This document shows positions 1 through 11,264 of a stretch of DNA of 64,000 nt, piece after piece; within the stretch, counting starts at the first letter, position 1; each line of letters opens with the position of its first letter. The notes beneath the pieces are model-generated. The model made no database searches. It saw only the letters and a program-made list of their open reading frames with translations, and was not told the origin of the DNA. Both the position numbers and the translations under genes were made by a program. Source of the stretch: Octopus vulgaris (lineage: Eukaryota); NCBI GenBank assembly GCA_951406725.2, contig OX597826.1, positions 77,562,001 to 77,626,000 on the forward strand. The letters are read 5' to 3'.

Positions 1-403
1 CCAGTAACACTGGTTCCTTATTCCTGCTTGGTTTGTGATCCATAAGGAAGGATTGAATATACAACAACCACACATTGGACTTTCGATGAGGAGAGGAGCG
101 TTAACAGAAAGCAGGCCCAAATAAAACAACACATTGCCTAGTTGCCAAATCAAAGATGAAAATATATGATAAAGTACCATCAGACAAGTACTTATGCAGA
201 TTAAAGGACACCTCTAAACCAATGCTTCTTCTGTCAAAAGGAAAAACATACAGACATGCCATACCCAAGACATCCAGGTTTCCACTCATGCTGAAGAGAA
301 AATCTTTAGTAACTTCAGGATAAAAGAAACTATTCTGATTACCAAGCACAGCCCACATGTTAATAACACATCTAAACTGCATGCAACTAATTGGATACTA
401 TAG
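1..403 (+). mobile_element. Decayed Penelope-like GIY-YIG endonuclease 3' region
   Basis: Translations YSCLVCD...IKQH and RIKETILITKHSPHVN resemble PLE YxxxCxxC...RxxEH and RxIxEAIxIxxxxPxLN; interrupted by stops. Confidence 0.4.
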
Positions 404-571
404 CAATGCCAAAAAACTTTCTCACACACATACACACACGACAGAACAAAGAAGTCACCTTTTCTCCAAAGATTTCCTAAAATACGGGTTCCAACCCTGA
501 GATACTGGTATAACTGGCAAAAGAACAAAACATTGACCTGTATTATTCATTTTTTGTTTTGGCTTGAAAAA

Positions 572-576
572 TACAC

Positions 577-613
<37 letters not shown>

Positions 614-760
614 CATGCATGTATATATGTGTGTGTGTGTGTGTGTGTGCACAGGGGCGCACACACATAGATATATATATATAAACACACATATATACAT
701 ACCTGCGTGTGTGTATATATATATACACACACATACATACATACACATGTGCATGTGTGC

Positions 761-800
<40 letters not shown>

Positions 801-810
801 ATATATATAG

Positions 811-842
<32 letters not shown>

Positions 843-847
843 AATAT

Positions 848-884
<37 letters not shown>

Positions 885-1207
885 CGTGTGTGTGTGTATA
901 GGTGTTTACATACATGCATATTTGTGTATATACGTTTTAATGTTAGTATGTAGACATGTATATATTGATTTATTCATGCAAACACACACCACACACACAC
1001 ATATATAATTACATATACATACTCATGTGTGTGTGTGTGTACATACTCATGTGTGTGTGTGTACATACAAACATACATACACACACACACACATACATAC
1101 ACACACGTACACTCACTTATAAATAGGCTGAAACACACAACAGAATATATCAATGGATTCACCTCATACATACATATGTATTGATGTTTACATACACACA
1201 CATGCAT

Positions 1208-1233
<26 letters not shown>
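572..1233. repeat. Compound (CA)n/(TA)n microsatellite field
   Basis: Directly visible dinucleotide tracts; source of the YIYI/THTH ORFs. Similar fields at about 8660-9080, 19080-19690, 35310-35930, 50410-50850, 55470-55910 and 56340-57000. Confidence 0.97.
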
Positions 1234-1238
<5 letters not shown>

Positions 1239-1824
1239 CATTCTTCATTCCATCTCAAGTCACAGAAGCAGTAAATATACTGTTCGGTGCAATTACCTTA
1301 GAATTAATGAAAGCCAACAGCTTCCACCTATATTTGACCTGGTTACATTGCAGATCTTTGCCATACCTGTTACTAATCCACCATTAACCTCTTACAAAAT
1401 TCCAGAACATTCCTTCTCAATTTCTTCTTAACAATCCATATCCCCACCCCCACCCCCTTAACCCCCACCCTTCCGCCGCCCCAAATCCACCCACCTACTT
1501 TTAACATTCCTACTGCCACCGTTGTTAAGGTGTTTTTACACGGCTGTACTTAATTGTTATCAAATTAACAAAGAATCTTATGGAAATCAGTTCCAAATAT
1601 CTGATTCTTCTTTCCGCAACAACTCATTAACAACCCATCATTTCTTTACAAGATATTCCGAAGTTGTAATATGGATAAAGGGGAAACAAGAGAAATTCCT
1701 GGTTTTTCTTTTGTTTTTGTTTCGATAGTCTTTGATGTAACAACCAAACCATAAAGAAGGTTGAACTCAGAGCTGTTATTGTTATTAAAATATATGTGTG
1801 CATTTAAATATATATATATATATA

Positions 1825-2017
1825 AAATGCACGCATTTTTTTTCTCTCCTTGTTTCTCTCCGTGTTTCTTTTCTGTATATCTTTCTGTTGAAGAGCGTAG
1901 GCTCGAAACGTAAAAGACTTGTTTTATTTATATTCCTGAGCGCCATACTAATACAATTGTTTGTTTGTATTCCACCTGCCTTCATCTTTTGTTTATTTTC
2001 ATAAAGCTTCCCGTTTT
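1825..2017 (+). mobile_element. (TA)n-flanked non-autonomous PLE-like element, family H1
   Basis: Same sequence recurs at 2183-2357(-), 3212-3402(+), 21682-21860(+), 55139-55510(-) and partly 54160-54343(+); contains an HHR-like fold. Confidence 0.75.
1880..1917 (+). ncRNA. Minimal type-I hammerhead-like motif, A6U core (H1)
   Basis: TCTTT-CTGTTGA-A-GAGC gtag GCTC-GAAAC-GTA-AAAGA: 5-bp stem I, 4-bp stem II, palindromic ACGT stem III. Confidence 0.6.
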
Positions 2018-2109
2018 ATATATATATATATATATATGATCTGAATGATATGATATATATGTAAAAAATGTAATATATAAATAAATGAACCATCCGTCTG
2101 TTACCTCAT

Positions 2110-2150
<41 letters not shown>

Positions 2151-2269
2151 ATATAAAATATAAGAAAAAAATATATATATATAGGGAGAGTTTATGAAAA
2201 AAACAAAAGACGAAGACAGGTGGTGTACAAAACAAACATGTATTAGTATAACACTCAAGAATAGAAAAA

Positions 2270-2311
2270 GTCTTTTACGTTTCGAGCCTACGCTCTTCTA
2301 CAGAAAGGGAC
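2270..2311 (-). ncRNA. H1 hammerhead-like motif (CTGTAGA core)
   Basis: Minus strand CTTT-CTGTAGA-A-GAGCgtagGCTC-GAAAC-GTA-AAAG. Confidence 0.55.
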
Positions 2312-2360
2312 ACAGAAAAAACAAGGAGAGAAAAAAAGGAGAGAAAAAAGGAGAGAAATA

Positions 2361-2548
2361 TATATACATATTAGAGGGAATCCACTATGTGGACACCCTT
2401 TTGTTAGAAATAGATCCACATAGTGGTTTCCCTCTAATATGTATATAATACAATTTTACTGAACCTTCAGTTTTTTTATATGCTAGACCACTTGTGTGAA
2501 ATTGATGTTTATTAAATTAATATCTAATTTCTCACCCTCATTTTAAAT
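2361..2548 (+). mobile_element. Fold-back (TA)n-flanked element, family F (short copy)
   Basis: Inverted arms 2361-2393 and 2415-2447, plus a ~100-nt tail homologous to the tail at 40146-40255. Confidence 0.7.
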
Positions 2549-2565
2549 ATATATATATATATATG

Positions 2566-2927
2566 CTCTTTACTCTTTTACTTGTTTCAGTCATTTCACT
2601 GTGGCCATGCTGGAGTACCACCTTTAGTCAAGCAAATCAACCCCAGGACTTATCTTTTGCCGAACCGCTAAGTTACGGGGACATAAACTCACCAGCATCG
2701 GTTGTCAAGCGATGTTGGGGGGACAAACACAGACACACACACATATGTATATATACATATATACGACGGACTTCTTTCAGTTTCCATCAAACAAATCCAC
2801 TCACAAGGCTTTGGTCAGCCCGAGGCTATAGTAGAAGACACTTGCCCAAGGTGCTATACAGTAGGACTGAACCCAGAACCACGTGGTTGGTAAGCAATCT
2901 ACTTACCATACAGCCACTCCTGTGCCT
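2566..2927 (-). mobile_element. tRNA-derived SINE family A
   Basis: Pol III A/B boxes (TGGCTGT.TGG / GGTTCAGTCC), ACCTTGGGCAAGT, internal microsatellite and GTAAAAGA tail. Other copies or fragments: 6903-7301+, 10025-10572-, 13612-13760+, 14355-14495+, 21870-21960-, 30165-30435+, 33845-33995-, 38612-38770+, 41520-41678-, 52995-53140-, 61170-61375+. Confidence 0.9.
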
Positions 2928-2934
2928 AGCTACT

Positions 2935-3137
2935 TAAGGGCCCACACATAGAGGGGACAAACAAGGAATTAAGTCAATTACATCAACCCCAGTGCGTAAT
3001 GGGTACTTATTTAATTGACTGTGAAAGGATGAAAGGCAAAGTCGACCTCGGCGGAATTTGAACTCAGAACGTAATGGCTGACAAAATACTGCTAAGCATT
3101 TCGCCCGGCGTGTTAACGATTCTGCCAGCTCACCGCA
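2935..3137 (-). mobile_element. tRNA-derived SINE family B
   Basis: GGTGAGCTGGCAGAATCG...GAGTTCAAATTCC B box, then GCCTTTCATCCTTTC...AAGTACC. Other copies: 7408-7513+, 15575-16190- (three pieces), 21035-21250-, 61750-61983-. Confidence 0.85.
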
Positions 3138-3277
3138 TTTATATATATATGTGTGTGTATGTATGTATGTATGTATGTATGTATGTATGCATCCAAGTAT
3201 ATATGCATGTATGGCCAGTCGCCATGATAGATCGGTAGACACAACACACATTTTTTTCTCTCCTTGTTTTTTTCTGT

Positions 3278-3319
3278 GTCCCTTTCTGTAGAAGAGCGTA
3301 GGCTCGAAACGTAAAAGAC
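3278..3319 (+). ncRNA. H1 hammerhead-like motif (CTGTAGA core)
   Basis: CTTT-CTGTAGA-A-GAGCgtagGCTC-GAAAC-GTA-AAAG. Confidence 0.55.
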
Positions 3320-4619
3320 TTTTTCTATTCCTGAACGTTATACATATGTTTGTTTTGTACACCACCTGTCTTCGTCTTTTGTCTTTTTCGTAAACTCTCC
3401 CTATATATGTATGTATGTATGTATGTATGCATGTGTGTATATATGTTCTCTTCTGCTAATTATTTGAAATCTTCATATAAGGAAAGATACCAAACTCCAT
3501 TTTCGGAGGTAACAAAAGCAATGTCATGTTGAACTTCAGAATAGTCTTGAATATTTTTACAGTTCTGCTTACAAATTGTACTTGTAATGGGCAAGGTAGC
3601 TGCTTTATTTCCTTCTCTGAAAAGCCTAACTTTTGCAGATTGATACTTAGGTGTTTACTAACAAAACCAACAGCACCAAGTATATTACTGGTATAAATGT
3701 GAATTTATAATCCAGATTAGAAGCCGAGAGTGTAGTGGGTGCTTTTATGTGCCACCGGCATGAGAGACAGTCAGGTGGTACTAGCAACGGCCACACTCAA
3801 ATGGTGTGCTTACATGCCACCTGCACAGGAGCCAGTCCAGTGGCACTGGCAACGACCTCGCAAGCACCCATACTATTTCCTCTTTCTCTTTGGTTCTTCA
3901 AGTGATATTCACATCAATATTCTTGCCTCTCCCAAACGACTATATCCACCTTGTTATGTTTGCTCTTAGTGCAATGGGAATGTTCCCTCGACATTGATGT
4001 TTATGCATACATGCACTAATAGGGTGTTTCTCATTTATTCCAGGACAGTCTCCCCGCCCCCCCCCCACCCCGCCTGCCAATGGCACTGCATATCGTCTTA
4101 GCGATGGCATCATGTCACATAGGGTGGTAGTACTTTGATGACATTTATGGGCAGCTGCTGATCATCCCATGTAATGTCTTCCACAGATGTCTTCATCAGT
4201 TGCATCTTGTGGCACCAGGTGCTTCATTGTCTCTTTTGTTGATTAGGAATTTTGCAGCAATCTCCAGTTCTTCGATTGCAAATGCACAGCGTTTCAAGTG
4301 TAATACGATGTAGTGGTCATGAGTCCAAGAGAGGCTGCATTTCATGTTGATATTAGTATTGTCTTTGAGGAAAATTTCCAATGCATCGTCTTTTTTCTGG
4401 GATGCTGATCATTTCACATCCAGCCCTTCTTTGAGGCATGTGAGCCCGACTGTTTTAGGTTTGTATCAGAATTCATTAGAAAGAGATTGCTTCCTAATAA
4501 GTTCACTGCCGACATGCAGGGTGCCATTATTTTTACTTTCCAGCACTAAGTCTGTGTATTTTTTTTTCTGATGTTGTTTAGCAGATGCTGTCTGAGAGAT
4601 GCAACAGGATATCTGAAGG

Positions 4620-4975
4620 CTGCCACTGGCATGGATGCCAGTCATGCGGTGCTGTCATTGAATTTGATTTCGATTTCACTTGCCTCAACAGGTCTTCACA
4701 AGCAGAGTTTAGTGTCCAATGAAGGAAAGGTATGCATAAGTGGGCTGGTTACACCCCTACCATAGGCCATGGGTTATGGTCTCACTTGGCTTGCCAGGTC
4801 TTCTCAAGCACAGCATATTTCCAAAGGTCTCGGTCACTAGCCATTGCCTTGGTGAGGCCTAATGTTCGAAGGTCGTGCATCACCACCTCATCCCAGGTCT
4901 TCCTGGGTCTACCTCTTCCACAGGTTCCCTCAACCTCGAGGGTGTGACGCTTCTTCACACAGCTATCCTCATCAG
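4620..4975 (-). mobile_element. RTE LINE 3' end nested in the R4/Dong element
   Basis: DEDSCVKK...VEGTCGRGRPRKTWDEVV.HDLRTLGL...DRDLWKYAV* followed by 3' UTR. Similar piece at 26040-26420(-). Confidence 0.85.
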
Positions 4976-5515
4976 AAAGCGATAATGGATTTAATGCCAA
5001 AATAAACAGAAGTAGTGAAAGACTACTATCTCCTTAGAATATTCCCACTGAAATATTTATATCATCAAAGATGATCTTTCTACTCTCAGTTGTGTGAGGA
5101 TTGTTCCTCAAGTCTTTGTGAGCCTCTCAATGGCAGCAATTAAGATCGCAGGTATTTTTGCGATATGTAAACATTTCAGCAGCCATTTGTAGGGAACAGA
5201 ACTGAATGCTTTCTGCTAAAATCTCACTGTCACAAGGTTACAGCAGTGTTTCTTTTCGTCACACACTGCAGCTTTGTTTATCAAAAGCTTTTTGACCTAT
5301 CCCCACATCGACTTCTTTCCACCAGCCTGCTCATTGGTCACTATGTTCTTGGACTCACCATGATGCTGGAGGAATTGGTTGAGGTAGCTTGTGTACAGCA
5401 ATGTTTCTACTAACTCAGTGGTTTCATTCTTTGTTACAAGATTCATCCATGCTACAAGAACCCAGTTTGGTATGTCAAGCTAATCTTCTGTAATTCTTTT
5501 GAAGATACACATTAA

Positions 5516-5736
5516 CCCTTTCGTTAACAATCTGGCTGAAACCAGCTCTGGCTCTTTAGTATAAATGTCTTGTTTGCATAAGTTTTGAATTCAAATCTTC
5601 CATCAAACCTTAGTCACAATTTATGTTCCTAACACTAGCTGAATGATAACCAAGTTATTTTACTAAATTCTTTGTTGTATTTAAAATAATTGGAAGAAAC
5701 ACAGAGCATCTCAACAGAAATACAGTAATGAAAGGG
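5516..5736. mobile_element. piggyBac-type MITE
   Basis: TTAA|CCCTTTCGTTA ... TAATGAAAGGG|TTAA (TTAA target duplication, CCC termini). Older copies at 31286-31515 and 42209-42392. Confidence 0.85.
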
Positions 5737-5852
5737 TTAAAGACTTTCTGTAGCAAATTAACCTCATGTATCAGTATCCACCCATTAAGTCTCTTCCAGC
5801 TGCCTTCCCATTATGCTAAAACTTTCAGAGCTGACAGTCTACGTTTTACCAT

Positions 5853-6180
5853 TCATCATCATCATCGTTTAATGTCCGCTTTCCATGCTAGCATGGGTTG
5901 GACGATTTTGACTGAGGTCTGGCAAACCAGATGGCTGCACCAGGCTCCAATCTTGATCAGGCAGAGTTTCTACAACTGGATGCCCTTCCTAACACCAACC
6001 ACTCCAAGAGTGTAGTGGGTGTTTTTTACGTGCCAGTCAGGCAGTACTGGCAATGACCTTGCTCGAATCTTTTTACACATGCCACCGGCACAGGGGCCAG
6101 TAAGGCGACGCTGGTAACGATCACGCACGAATGGTGCCCTCTGGCAATAATCACGCTCGGATGGTGCTCTTGGCACCCTA
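5853..6180 (-). mobile_element. RTE-tailed SINE family C
   Basis: GGCACGTAAAAA..CACCC module, TTAGGAAGGGCATCCAG, and 3' end CAACCCATGCTAGCATGGAAA...(GAT)n shared with RTE 3' ends. More than 20 copies, e.g. 11265-11620+, 22235-22448+, 25768-26150-, 28190-28490-, 30773-31083-, 37160-37395+, 38040-38222-, 40820-41135+, 44372-44553+, 60790-61160+, 61540-61735-, 61992-62255-. Confidence 0.9.
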
Positions 6181-7795
6181 CTACTTGATCAATTACCATT
6201 GATGTTGATATAGAATTCTCTCCTAACTGTATTTAACCACAAAGCATTTGGGTTGAAGTCCCTCTTTTCATCTTCCACATTACACTCTAGAAAGATTCAA
6301 AATCTTCTTGAAAAGGGGTTTTCATCAGAGTATAATAAGGCTTTCTTTTCTCATCTCATTCAGTATAAGTCACAAACAATCATGTGATTGATACTGGTTT
6401 GCTCAGATATTTTTCTACAATAATGAAGTTTTTTACTCAGTATCATGAATTCAAACTTTTAAGTAATTACATTTTTCTCAAGAATTACTGCAGAGGTTTG
6501 TTATTTTTGGCACAAAATATAATTGCTAAGGTGCCAACTCATTATTCTCTTTACATTTTATTATCATGATTTAACCATCCGATATGGCAGCACTGATTGT
6601 CGATGTTTTCTTTAAGTCTCACTTTTTATCTGGGTTGCTTCCATTTAGTAATTTCTTTAGCATGTGCACAGCAGGTTTCTCATGGGCATTCTGTAAGAAT
6701 AATTAGCAGTTGTGTACAGGAATGTATTAATTGTCCAGTAATTAAAATCACATGACTCATCGACAATAACTTTCAATATGAGAGCAGTTGACTGTTTCTT
6801 TAAACACATTAAGGAAGGCCTGTCGCTTGACGACAGCTCACAGACACTGGAAAAATTTTCCACAAAATGTCGTTTCAAAATGATTTTAAGCTGAAAATGT
6901 AAAGGCGTAGGCATGGCTGTGTGGTAAGAAGTTTGCTTCCAGACCACATGGTTCCAGGTTCAGTCCCACTGCATGGCACCTTAGGCAAGTGTCTTCTACT
7001 GTAGCTTTGGGCTGACCAAAGCTTTGGGCTAACCAGAGTGGATCTGGTAGATGGAAACTGAAAGAAGCTGTGTGTGTGTGTGTGTCTTTGCACCTGTGTT
7101 TGTCATCCACCACTGCTTGATAACTGATATTGGTGGGTTTACATCCCTGTAACTTAGCAGTTCAACAAAAGAGACTGACAGAATTAAGTACCAGCCTTGA
7201 AAAAAAAAAGTACAGGAGTCAATTCAGTTGATTAAAAATTCTTCAAGGTGGTGTCCCAGCATGGCCACAGTCTAATGACTGAAACAAGTAAAAGATAAAA
7301 GACAAGATATTCCACAGCCATTTCTGCTGAAATGGTTGCACATGGAGACACATTGGAGTTTAGTGATGGTCACAGCAGTTTGCTTACATTATTTTTGATC
7401 TCTCAAGACAGCAAGCTGGCAGAAACATTAGCACGCTGGGTGAAATGCTTAGCAGTATTTCGTCTGTCTTTACGTTCCGAGTTCAAATTCTGCCAAGGTC
7501 GACTTTGCCTTTCTCAGTGCTTTGAGTTAACTGACTAGCATCGTGAGAGTTGGAATAACAACAGCTGCCTGTGATAGCTATATGTGTGTATGCACACCTG
7601 AATTAATATGTGTGTATGTATGATATATACATGTATGATATATAGCCATGTATGAGATATATATCTATATATATATATAGAAAATAGTAAAAAGTGAAGA
7701 AACTACAGAAGGCTTAAAGGTTAAAAAATATATATATTTGCGTCAATATGTCTGAAGAATATTAAAAATTATTTTCTTACAATGACATAGTTTAG

Positions 7796-7834
7796 AAGAA
7801 AGACCGGTTTCGCGTTTAGCTTTTCAAATTTCTT
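7796..7834 (-). ncRNA. Minimal hammerhead, U3-A8 covariant core (H2, left arm)
   Basis: Minus strand AAGAAA-t-TTGAAAA-GCtaaacGC-GAAAC-CG-GTC-TTTCTT with a perfect ACCGGT palindromic stem III. Confidence 0.6.
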
Positions 7835-7899
7835 GCGACGTAGAACTCTTTTAAACATAAACATAAAGATAACTCTGTTCAAGATAAACATAACGTCGC

Positions 7900-7938
7900 A
7901 AGAAATTTGAAAAGCTAAACGCGAAACTGGTCTTTCTT
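7900..7938 (+). ncRNA. Minimal hammerhead, U3-A8 covariant core (H2, right arm)
   Basis: AAGAAA-t-TTGAAAA-GC taaac GC-GAAAC-TG-GTC-TTTCTT. Confidence 0.55.
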
Positions 7939-8089
7939 CTAAATTATGTCATTGTAAGAAAAAAATTTTTAATATTCTTCAGACATATTGACGCAAATAT
8001 ATATTTTTTTAACCTTTAAGCCTTCTGTAGTTTTTTCACTTTTTACTATTTTCTATATATTCAACCACGTGCTTTCACAAACCAACTTT

Positions 8090-8136
<47 letters not shown>

Positions 8137-8770
8137 TGTGTGTGTGGATATATGTCATCATCATAACTATTTAACATCTTCTTTCCGTGCTGGCATACAC
8201 CTGGGTCAGGTGGAACAGGACAAGGAGACATGACACGTGTTGCAACAAGAAAAAACAGGACATCAACAGATTGAAATGAAGGCCAGATCAGAGAATTGTT
8301 CCAAGGCAACCAAGTGACACCTGCCAAAGGCATCCAGGTGTCATTCCATCATCTTGATGTTAAACAGGGCAACAAATTGGTTTATTGCACAGGATTAAGC
8401 AAAGAGTATTTGGAAGACTTTCAGAGATTCTGTTTATCTAATTTCACACGCAGACCGATCAACTTAGGGCTATGGCACACAGGCATTAGGATTGAACTTG
8501 GAACCTGAGGAGTGCAAATCAAAATTATTAAAGCAAACGGCTCTACCTGTTTCCCATGACAGATAATACAATAAAGTGCACTCAACCCCCTTATATCTTC
8601 TTAAATTCAAGAAATACTATAAACACATCCAATAGTCGTTAATATATAATTTAAGCAGCTCAATCTTTTAAACACACAAACACACACACAAACATACATG
8701 CATATTTACACATATATATAAATACATACACACACATACACATATATATGTATTTACATGGATGTATGTT

Positions 8771-8815
<45 letters not shown>

Positions 8816-8836
8816 GTATTTACAGGTATGCATGTA

Positions 8837-8920
<84 letters not shown>

Positions 8921-9462
8921 CACATACATACATGTAAATACATACATAGGCATACATAAATACATATATATATATGTGTGTCTGTGTATGTATATAAATA
9001 CATACAGTCATACATACATACAAATATATAAATACATATATCTATATATATGTATTTATATACCATCTATATATAAAACGGTAGACATAAATGAACATAT
9101 TTATATCTGAAATATATTATTCTGACTTTAAGAGGCCTGGTTTTTCAACATATCCAATAATATTACCTATTTCTTTAAATTCTACCATTCCAATATCTGA
9201 TTCTCAGTCAGTCCGTATTCTGTGTACCATTTCATTTCAAACACGCAATTACGTAACATTTAGCTTATCTATAACTTATTACACACATGGGAAATTATAT
9301 AAAGATCTGGTAATCTAATAATATTACAGCTAGACAAACAATCGTGACGAAAATATATATATAATGGATACAAAAAGATATATATATATATATATATATA
9401 TAATTCCTTATATAGATGCAGCAAAACTTAAGTGCAAACATACATGTGTGTATATATATAGA

Positions 9463-9506
<44 letters not shown>

Positions 9507-9815
9507 GTGTAAGTGTGCAGTAACGCCAAACACATGCATATGTAAAGAAACACTTCAGAAATTGTAAGCTTTTGTATAAAAATTCCAGCCATAGCATGGG
9601 AGGAAATTAAATATATCGATATAAATTCGATATAATTACCCAATTAGCTAAAAAGAGAATAACTATACGTATTGAATTAATCTCATGGTAATATCGCATA
9701 GTGGTGTTTTCAAGTAGTGTAGAGCCAAGTACATCCACAACGAAAACTAGTAATTATTTAAATAGCTACTTATAATATTAATTTTATTGATTATTATTAT
9801 TGTTATTAATGTTAA

Positions 9816-9846
<31 letters not shown>

Positions 9847-10704
9847 GTTGTTTCTGTTATTGTTTCACAAAGAAGATACAGCTACATACAAAATCATTGC
9901 AAAATAGGTAACTTAGAAGTGTCATGGGAGTATTTAAAGATCAATAAAAAATTTTTTAATTAGTAAATAAAGGGAAAACAAAAATATTTTGAATTTCCAA
10001 AAAATCGTAAAATATGTAGCTATTATCTTTCACTCGTTTCGGTCATTAGACACTGTGGCCATGCTGGGGCCACAGACTTATGAAGAATTTTAGTTGAGCG
10101 AATCAATACTAGTATTTATTCCGTTTTCAAAAATTCTGATACTTATTTTTTCAATCTTTTCTGCCAAACCACTAAGTTTCAGAGTCACAAACACACCGAC
10201 ATCAGTTGTCAAGTTGGGGGATGAGGTGGTGGGGGAGAAACACAAACACACACACACCATCATCATTTACTGTTCATTTTCCATGCTGGCATGGGTTAGG
10301 CAGTTTGACTGGAATTGGTAAGCCAGGGAACTGCACCAGGCTCCGGTCTGTTTTGGCTTGGTCTCTCCAGCTGGATAAGTCTTCCTAAACACCAACCACT
10401 CTACAAAGTGTAATGAGTGTCTTTTACATGTCACACACACAACAGGCTTCATTCAGTTTCCATCTACCAAATCCACACGGATTTGGTCAGCCTGAGGGTG
10501 TAGTAGAAGACACTGGCCCAAAGAACCACGCAAAGAGACTGAACCCAGAACCATGTGGTTGGGAAGCAGCCACATGTATACAAATAGAATAAAAGCAACC
10601 ATCTTATATCAGTTCTATATCTAAAAGATGAGGAATTATGTACATTATTTACATTTGACGGATATTTGTCCTCATCTTGTTTGTTGTTAACGAATTTCTG
10701 CCAA

Positions 10705-10750
10705 GACACCTGATGAAGGCTGGAAGGTACATCAGCCGAAACGTTGTGTT
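10705..10750 (+). ncRNA. Canonical minimal type-I hammerhead (family H3)
   Basis: GACAC-CTGATGA-A-GGCTG gaaggtacat CAGCC-GAAAC-GTT-GTGTT, lying between inverted arms 10641-10691 and 10748-10798. Confidence 0.85.
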
Positions 10751-11208
10751 AACAACAAACAAGATGAGGACAAATATTTGTCAAATGTAAATAATGTAAA
10801 TAACAGAACCATCTAGTGAAGGAAGATAAAGAAGCTTTTGAGGAGGTCTTGGTGGATTTTCTTTAAAAAAAGTCTTTGTTGAAGAGAAAGAAAAAAAGAA
10901 AATGGATTGGGGTAGAATAATAAGAGAGGGTCATTATGAAGGGACTCTATTATGAAGTTAATCACACACAGATACATGCAAACACACACACACAAAGTAG
11001 TCCATCACTTTGTTCATACCTTGGCGTATTAATACATTGTCACGTCAGCCACAAAAAAAAACAAAAAAATACAGAACATACAATGAATTCATAATGAGGC
11101 ATTTGTATAGTTTAATGTGTATGCAACAAAAGGGAAAGTGTAACTAGGCTACACAAGAATTTATGTATGCAGGCGCAGATCTATATATACAAGCATATAT
11201 ATATATAC

Positions 11209-11264
<56 letters not shown>

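Larger units (their letters stand above)
3460..6895 (-). mobile_element. Decayed R4/Dong-like non-LTR retrotransposon (RT, CCHC knuckle, restriction-like endonuclease)
   Basis: Ordered minus-strand motifs: KAAGRDLMGGY*Y (~5800), EQAGGKK...LLINK...QKAFSSVPYKWL (5350-5180), GIF*GDS.LSLLLFILALNPLS (5045-4980), ISSCP*MSSKYYHPM*HDAIAK (~4165-4095), KHNKVDIVVWERQE...DVNI...KEKE (3965-3880), YKFTFIPVI/LGAVGFV...LGFSEKEI...TVKIFKT (3710-3530). Many stops and frameshifts. Confidence 0.88.
7673..8091 (+). mobile_element. Fold-back (TA)n-inserted PLE-like element, family H2
   Basis: ~168-bp near-perfect inverted arms 7673-7841 and 7893-8060, ~50-nt spacer, ~30-nt tail, (TA)n on both sides. Confidence 0.85.

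Noticed and set aside
455-540. Minus-strand tacag|GT CAA TGT TTT GTT (GQCFV) as a downstream avidin exon
   Set aside because: The following residues (LLPVIPVSQGWNPYF...) lack the L.T.WLL and G...F motifs, and there is no polypyrimidine tract; probably chance.
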